Source: a virus. Taken from it: a stretch of DNA of 64,000 nt. This document shows positions 58,839 to 64,000 of this stretch, piece after piece. The stretch covers positions 64,001-128,000 of the IMG/VR virus record IMGVR_UViG_3300017917_002765; one strand, given 5' to 3'. How positions within the stretch are numbered: the stretch's first letter is position 1; every line of letters begins with the position of its first letter. The notes beneath the pieces are model-generated. The model was not told where the DNA came from. It made no database searches and saw only the letters and a program-made list of their open reading frames with translations. The position numbers and the translations under genes were made by a program.

Positions 58839-59735
58839 TTAGAATGGGAGGTCATCAGTTTCCTCTTCTTCGATAGTTACACTTGGTGCAGAAGTAGCTG
58901 TTTGAATCTTAGCCTTTACCGTTTCAACACCCATAGTCAATTCAGACTCAAGATTACTAGCTTCTCCTTCGTTACTAGATAAAGAAGCTTTGTCAACAAA
59001 TGTCTTCTTTTCTTTGTCCCATACTGGCGAACCACCTTTAACGATGATTTCCAAGTAGTCATAAGTCTTAACAGCATAAACATCTTCCCATGTTCTTGTA
59101 TCACTCAACCAAGTATTTGATTGTTCAGCGTCTTCAGAAAGAACTGATGGGTCCAAAGATGCCACAGCTGATACAACTGGAACACCGTTTTGGTTTCTGT
59201 TAATTGTGAGCAACAAATCACGACCATTTTCAGGGTTAGTAACATCTTTCTTAATAGCGTTCAACACACCGATAATTTTGTCGTAAATACCCTCTTTACG
59301 ATAGTCATGGTTAAATCTCCAGAATTTAACACCGTCAGCCTCATTTTCTCTGTCGATAATCTTTACAACGTACATAAGCTTAGCGTTGTACTTCTTAGCC
59401 AATTCTTTGTCTGATTCTTTACCAGTAGACAATAAAGCTTCACGAGCCTCACAGAACGGACATGCTTCACCCTTCTCATGCTTCAAGCAAGCAAATGTTT
59501 TCCATTCACCATCAACTTGAACTTTGTGACCATACATTTCAACAAATGGACTTGAACCATCTGTAGTAGGTAGGATTCTGATTTGTTTTGTGGCTGACTT
59601 AACACCCTCTTTAATGTAGGTATTAAAGTAGTTTTTAAGGTCATAAACCTTTTCACTTTTCTTTTCGTACTTAGGCTTGTTGTTGCTTTCGTACTGTTCT
59701 AGCATTGCGGCTAGTGCGTTCTTTTTTTCACTCAT
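58839..59735 (-). CDS. single-stranded DNA-binding protein (T4 gp32-like)
   Basis: IRILP, C...CPFCE, DVTNPENGRDL, and an acidic C-terminal tail ending DDLPF. Confidence 0.85.
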   Translation of the reverse strand: MSEKKNALAAMLEQYESNNKPKYEKKSEKVYDLKNYFNTYIKEGVKSATKQIRILPTTDGSSPFVEMYGHKVQVDGEWKTFACLKHEKGEACPFCEAREALLSTGKESDKELAKKYNAKLMYVVKIIDRENEADGVKFWRFNHDYRKEGIYDKIIGVLNAIKKDVTNPENGRDLLLTINRNQNGVPVVSAVASLDPSVLSEDAEQSNTWLSDTRTWEDVYAVKTYDYLEIIVKGGSPVWDKEKKTFVDKASLSSNEGEASNLESELTMGVETVKAKIQTATSAPSVTIEEEETDDLPF

Positions 59736-59791
59736 TTTGTTTTTGTTTTTGTTCTATATATGTATTGTTATTTTACTTGCTTTTGTTTCTA

Positions 59792-59862
59792 CAAATATAC
59801 TAAAAAATACAAGAAAGTCAAGCAAAAATAGCCATTATTTTCTTGTTGTTTTTGCAAAGATA
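59792..59862 (-). promoter_or_regulatory. tandem -7 promoter boxes TATATTTG (59792-59799) and TATCTTTG (59855-59862)
   Basis: Both match TAnnTTTG with TTG about 19-20 nt upstream. They precede the SSB gene. Confidence 0.7.
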
Positions 59863-59904
59863 CTACTCTTTTTTGAATGATGCAACTTGTAACTATAAAA
59901 AAAT

Positions 59905-59930
59905 AAAAAAGCCCCAATTTAGGGGCTTTT
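59905..59930 (-). terminator. intrinsic terminator
   Basis: AAAAGCCCC-aattta-GGGGCTTTT. Confidence 0.9.
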
Positions 59931-59931
59931 A

Positions 59932-60684
59932 TTAGTAGTTTTCTTCTGTATAATCTTGTATTTCATCCTCTTCGTATGGGTTATCTTTACTTGAAAAAGA
60001 TTGTTTAATGTTTGCTTCACTATAACCAGCATCAACATCATCTTTTGTCAAAACATATTCTTTCTTTTTCTTTTCACCCATTACATTATATGGACCCTCT
60101 TTATCAGCCCAATAATCTGTTAATTTTTGGTTAAAAGGATATGAACTAAGTGACCTCATTTCCAATCTTTCAACTGGTGTTGGATTTCTCTTCACAATTT
60201 CTTTTTCAAGGTCTTCAATTTTATTTGTAATAGCACTCATGTTACCAATACGAGATTCCAATTCATCAAATTTTTGCAATAATGCTTCAATACTCTTATT
60301 AGCCATATCAGCTGATTGCTTAGCATCTTCTGAACTCTTTACAAGTGAAGTAACATCAACCTCAACTTCATCAGAAGATGGTTCTTCCATAGGAGGCTCA
60401 GCATCAATTGGTTCTTCATCAGAAGCTGGTTCTTCCATTTCTGGTTCTGGAATATCCGCAGTGGTTTCTTCACCTGGAACATCAATACCCAAATCAGCCG
60501 AAATTTCATCAGCACCAGCAACATCTGCTGGTTCATCTTCTTCAGCTTCTTCTAAATCACCAAGGATAATATCTTTTTTAAAGGTAGGTGGTTCTTTTCT
60601 CTCTTGGTAAAAATCATATTCCAAAAGGGTTTTGAACCTATTTTGTTCTTCCTTTAACAATTCTGGATTAAATTTCTTTCTCAT
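59932..60684 (-). CDS. acidic coiled-coil protein, putative head/scaffold-associated
   Basis: 250 aa with an LLKEEQNRFKTLLEY motif, an acidic linker and a coiled coil. Confidence 0.75.
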   Translation of the reverse strand: MRKKFNPELLKEEQNRFKTLLEYDFYQERKEPPTFKKDIILGDLEEAEEDEPADVAGADEISADLGIDVPGEETTADIPEPEMEEPASDEEPIDAEPPMEEPSSDEVEVDVTSLVKSSEDAKQSADMANKSIEALLQKFDELESRIGNMSAITNKIEDLEKEIVKRNPTPVERLEMRSLSSYPFNQKLTDYWADKEGPYNVMGEKKKKEYVLTKDDVDAGYSEANIKQSFSSKDNPYEEDEIQDYTEENY

Positions 60685-60685
60685 C

Positions 60686-60880
60686 TTAAAATAACAATTG
60701 TCTTCCGTCTTCAGTTATTATTTTTTTATTGATTCTTTCAACTAGGCTTTTATCACCCTTTATTACACAAACCCCAGATGTGCAATCCATTTCTTGGTTA
60801 TTCTCTAACATAGCATTTAAAGCCTTATCCAATGCTTCTGCTTTTTTATCTTTTTTTTCAGTTGTTAATTTGTTTTCCAT
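60686..60880 (-). CDS. small hypothetical protein
   Basis: 64 aa. Late motif at 60914-60921. Confidence 0.7.
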   Translation of the reverse strand: MENKLTTEKKDKKAEALDKALNAMLENNQEMDCTSGVCVIKGDKSLVERINKKIITEDGRQLLF

Positions 60881-60931
60881 AAAAAAAAATGTTTAGATAG
60901 TCGTTATCTACTAATAAATATCAGACTATCA

Positions 60932-61330
60932 TTAAAAAACCCTTTCTATGGGAAAAATACTAACATCATCATTATTTATCAAAATAAACTTGTTTTGATA
61001 TTCTGACCAATCAATCTTGACCGATTTATAATCAATGTTACCATTACCACCCATCTTTTTATCTATTAATTTATTAAGGGCATTTATAGTATAGAATGTA
61101 GTACCTTTTTTATGTATGGTTACAGCACTTGGAAATAAATCTTTAAGGTTAAGATATTTACCTTCTTGTACCACCAACTTGAACGTCATAATTAATTTGG
61201 ATTCATCTTCCAAATTTTTATAACAAAATACTTTATCTTTTGTGATTGAGAATTTAGCCTCTAAGTAACTTATGAACCAATCAACCCTCTCTGGGAATAT
61301 GAATGATGCTAGAAGTATCGTTTTGTTCAT
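60932..61330 (-). CDS. conserved hypothetical phage protein
   Basis: 132 aa with an IHKK..TFYTINALN motif. Confidence 0.75.
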   Translation of the reverse strand: MNKTILLASFIFPERVDWFISYLEAKFSITKDKVFCYKNLEDESKLIMTFKLVVQEGKYLNLKDLFPSAVTIHKKGTTFYTINALNKLIDKKMGGNGNIDYKSVKIDWSEYQNKFILINNDDVSIFPIERVF

Positions 61331-61919
61331 TTTTTATAGAATACAAATATGGGATATACCTTACTTTATTGTTTAGTATATCAATGTAATTTTGGTATTC
61401 TATAAGTATCTGGTTTTCAGTCAAAAATGTATCTGATAAGTAATTAATTTTTTCTTTTATTTTGTTTTGGTTTAGACCAACAAAAGATAATAATTTTAAA
61501 TCAACACCAAAGATTATATTTTCACCATAAATGTATATCATATCTTTATGTTGATAAACAATTGGGTTTCTTAATGAATATATTTTCTTAACTATCTTTT
61601 TTAGAGTTCTAGGTTTATATTGGATAGGGTCTACAAAAACATACACCAATTTATTGGTTAAATCTTCATAAACTTTTTTTATAAACCAATTCAAATCTTC
61701 TTCGTATTTATCTCTTTTTTCTGTCCTTTTAAATGTCCAGAATAAATTTGGTTCTATTTCTATATTTGTGATGTCAAAATCTGGATAATGTTTATTAACC
61801 AAATCATAACCAATGATTAATGTGGGTAAACCGTCAATAACGCTATTGATGGATTTTACCACATTAAACTCTTCTGGAACCTCAATTTTTGAAGATGAGA
61901 CAATATTTGCTAAAATCAT
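61281..61919 (-). CDS. hypothetical protein
   Basis: The likely start is the ATG at 61919, 5 nt after the promoter box TATCTTTG (61925-61932). Confidence 0.75.
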   Translation of the reverse strand: MILANIVSSSKIEVPEEFNVVKSINSVIDGLPTLIIGYDLVNKHYPDFDITNIEIEPNLFWTFKRTEKRDKYEEDLNWFIKKVYEDLTNKLVYVFVDPIQYKPRTLKKIVKKIYSLRNPIVYQHKDMIYIYGENIIFGVDLKLLSFVGLNQNKIKEKINYLSDTFLTENQILIEYQNYIDILNNKVRYIPYLYSIKNEQNDTSSIIHIPREG

Positions 61920-61975
61920 ATCTGCAAAGATACAGAATAAAATTGTAATAACCAACAATTAACTTTATTAATGTA

Positions 61976-64000
61976 TTAAACAATAGGTGGTTTTGCATTA
62001 GCTTTGATAGTTTCATAATCAATTTCTGGTGATTTATTTGGATTTAAGTTTTTCCAAGTAGATATTAAAGCTTTAGCTACGTCTAACGCACAAAATTTAG
62101 CTGATGCGCTATTTCCAGCTTTACCACCATACAAACTAGTTTTTTGTAAATATCCTCCTGGATTTATTTTTTTAATCGCAATTTCTTTATTTGGACCAAA
62201 AAATGTTGGCATTGATGCAAATTCTAACGCTAAATCTGTTATTGCTGATTGCAAATCTGATTCTTTACCTGTGCTATTTTGACTAAAATAATTTCTCAAA
62301 CCTTTTCTATTATTTCCACCGTAAATAATTAACCAAATACCAGCTTGTTCTTGTTTTTTAGCATCAAATATATCATCATCTTTAAATTCTAAACTAGTCA
62401 CCATAGCTTTAAATGTTTCTGGTATTAATTGATATTTACCAACAGCAAAAATTCTTTTTACATCATTTTCTGGTAATGCTTGTAATTCCTTAATTCTTTT
62501 AATAGTAAAAATTGATGGTTTGTAATTCATATTACCAGAAACACCAGCAATACCTGTATTATATGCGTCATATCCAGCAAGACCGCTTTCAACACTAGCG
62601 ACTAAATCTCTTATTGGTTTAGTTGCTGTTAATGTAGGAACTTCAGTATCTGTTGTTAAATCTTTTACCCCTCTAACATTATACGTACCACATGTATCGT
62701 CACCTACCACCCAACTTCCAATAGAACTTTGACTACCAAAAGTTGTACCTTCAGTTGTATTAAATTGTTTTATGTTTTCTAATAATGACATATAAAAATC
62801 ACTTGTAGAAAACAATGTTGTTTTTGGTCTTTTAATTCTAACACCAGTGAAATTGGTGGACATATGATTTGGTTTGATACTATGTGTTACTTTAATAATC
62901 ATATAGGCACCATGAAACATTGGAATGTTATCCAACTGAAAATACATCATGGGTTGAATCATGACATTACCCATCATTTCAATTTCAGCTTTATAACTTC
63001 TTACTGACCATATATTATACATGTTTTGTCCACCTATTGTTCTGTATTTTGGATTACCTCTTTGTGATATGTCTTCCATTATTTGTTGTGATTCTAGTGT
63101 TTCACTAAATTCACTTTGGTCTAAGACTATATCTTTGAATAAATTTTGATTTTGTTGACCATAAACAACTTTAAATGCAGTTACAGGTAAATCATTTTCA
63201 CCAAGTGCGCTGTTAAAATCTTCTGGAGCATCAGTTAAATCTTCACTTAAATCAAAACCATCATTTAAATATTCTGAATTTGTAAAATCTAAACTGTTTG
63301 ATGCCTCTCCAATATATGTACAAATAAATGTTGGTCCATATGTTGAATTTTTAAAATTATCATAAGTTGGAAAAGTTTTAAAAATTGAATCTAAAGAGTT
63401 TTGGTCTCTATAATTAATAAAATTAGGTAAAGGAACAAAATTAAAATTATTTGATGATAATAAACTTGTTATTAAATCATATGAACTAGAATTTACATTA
63501 TCTGTTAAATAATCCATCAACGGAAATGGGTTTACAGCTAACGTATCACCTATATCTTTAAATGCTCTATCTAAAAACCTAAAACTATCAATCAAATTTA
63601 TTTGTTGAGTATTACTATCTGTTGATTCACATTGAAAGAATATTGACCCTGGATTTTTTACACCACCAATCCATTTATCATAAATGTTTTTACAAAGTTT
63701 ATATAACTGAAGCTTAATTAATTTATCGCTTACAGTACCAAAAATTTCTTGTTTTAATTGTTCTTCCTCATTTAAACCTACAGATTCTGTGTTACCACTA
63801 AATTTATTTACAAGTATTTTTATGTAAGTATCTAAAGATTTTTTATCAACATCAAAATCTTTTCTGTTTAAAAAGTCATCACTCTGTGGCTTATTATTCC
63901 AAATACGGTAATTTGTGTTAGCTATAAAAATTTCTTCTTTATACAAAGAAATTAAATCTTGGTTTATTGCTGCATCATCTCTTAATTCTAACCATAAATT
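61976..64000 (-). CDS. baseplate hub-like protein with C-terminal lysozyme-like domain (5' end outside window)
   Basis: The frame is open to the window edge. Hub-like segment SYKAEIEMMGN..IQP..YF......GAYMIIKVTHSI, followed by VASVESG..YDAYN, AVGKYQLIPET and EFASMP muramidase-like motifs. Confidence 0.7.
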   Translation of the reverse strand, partial: NLWLELRDDAAINQDLISLYKEEIFIANTNYRIWNNKPQSDDFLNRKDFDVDKKSLDTYIKILVNKFSGNTESVGLNEEEQLKQEIFGTVSDKLIKLQLYKLCKNIYDKWIGGVKNPGSIFFQCESTDSNTQQINLIDSFRFLDRAFKDIGDTLAVNPFPLMDYLTDNVNSSSYDLITSLLSSNNFNFVPLPNFINYRDQNSLDSIFKTFPTYDNFKNSTYGPTFICTYIGEASNSLDFTNSEYLNDGFDLSEDLTDAPEDFNSALGENDLPVTAFKVVYGQQNQNLFKDIVLDQSEFSETLESQQIMEDISQRGNPKYRTIGGQNMYNIWSVRSYKAEIEMMGNVMIQPMMYFQLDNIPMFHGAYMIIKVTHSIKPNHMSTNFTGVRIKRPKTTLFSTSDFYMSLLENIKQFNTTEGTTFGSQSSIGSWVVGDDTCGTYNVRGVKDLTTDTEVPTLTATKPIRDLVASVESGLAGYDAYNTGIAGVSGNMNYKPSIFTIKRIKELQALPENDVKRIFAVGKYQLIPETFKAMVTSLEFKDDDIFDAKKQEQAGIWLIIYGGNNRKGLRNYFSQNSTGKESDLQSAITDLALEFASMPTFFGPNKEIAIKKINPGGYLQKTSLYGGKAGNSASAKFCALDVAKALISTWKNLNPNKSPEIDYETIKANAKPPIV

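Noticed and set aside
1-64000. Alternative genetic code (stop-codon reassignment), as in some large phages
   Set aside because: Recognisable genes are full-length in code 11, and TAG and TGA both occur as genuine stops (e.g. 6151, 24987).
1-64000. CRISPR array, rRNA or tRNA genes
   Set aside because: No regularly spaced repeat-spacer array or tRNA/rRNA signature was seen. The intergenic gaps are short and explained by promoters and terminators.

Overview
This is an AT-rich, densely coded 64 kb segment of a large T4-like (contractile-tailed, probably jumbo) bacteriophage in the standard genetic code. Almost all genes are on the minus strand. Several signs point to a Bacteroidota host: recurrent TAnnTTTG (-7) promoters with TTG about 19 nt upstream, A-rich starts without Shine-Dalgarno sequences, a Bacteroidota-type primary sigma factor, an Hc1 histone-like protein, a lipoprotein with a CxKEE export signal, and SprB-like repeats. 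The left accessory region holds DnaJ, a DUF2828/TROVE-like vWA protein, RNase HII, NUDIX, Hc1, a GH19 endolysin, a two-component system, acidic putative head proteins, an amidase-like protein and the sigma factor. A recombination/replication block follows (Rad50/gp46, Mre11/gp47, PD-(D/E)XK nuclease, primase, RuvC), then a ~21 kb baseplate/tail module ending in gp6 and gp25. The right part carries nrdB-nrdA, a DnaB helicase with a class 3 intein, a 5'-3' exonuclease, RecA/UvsX, a gp32-like SSB, and a baseplate hub-lysozyme fusion cut by the window edge. The three best candidates for undescribed biology are: (1) a structured ~157 nt RNA with paired ends and three arms that fills the gap between the Ro60/TROVE-like gene and its terminator (Y-RNA-like RNP hypothesis); (2) a late-promoter operon of PAS histidine kinase, stand-alone receiver, coiled-coil 2-TM protein and endolysin (signal-controlled lysis hypothesis); (3) an inverted cassette encoding a terminase-ATPase/RHH fusion plus an HNH nuclease, whose insertion left a recoded duplicate of a gene end. 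All family assignments come from motifs recognised by eye. No database searches were run.
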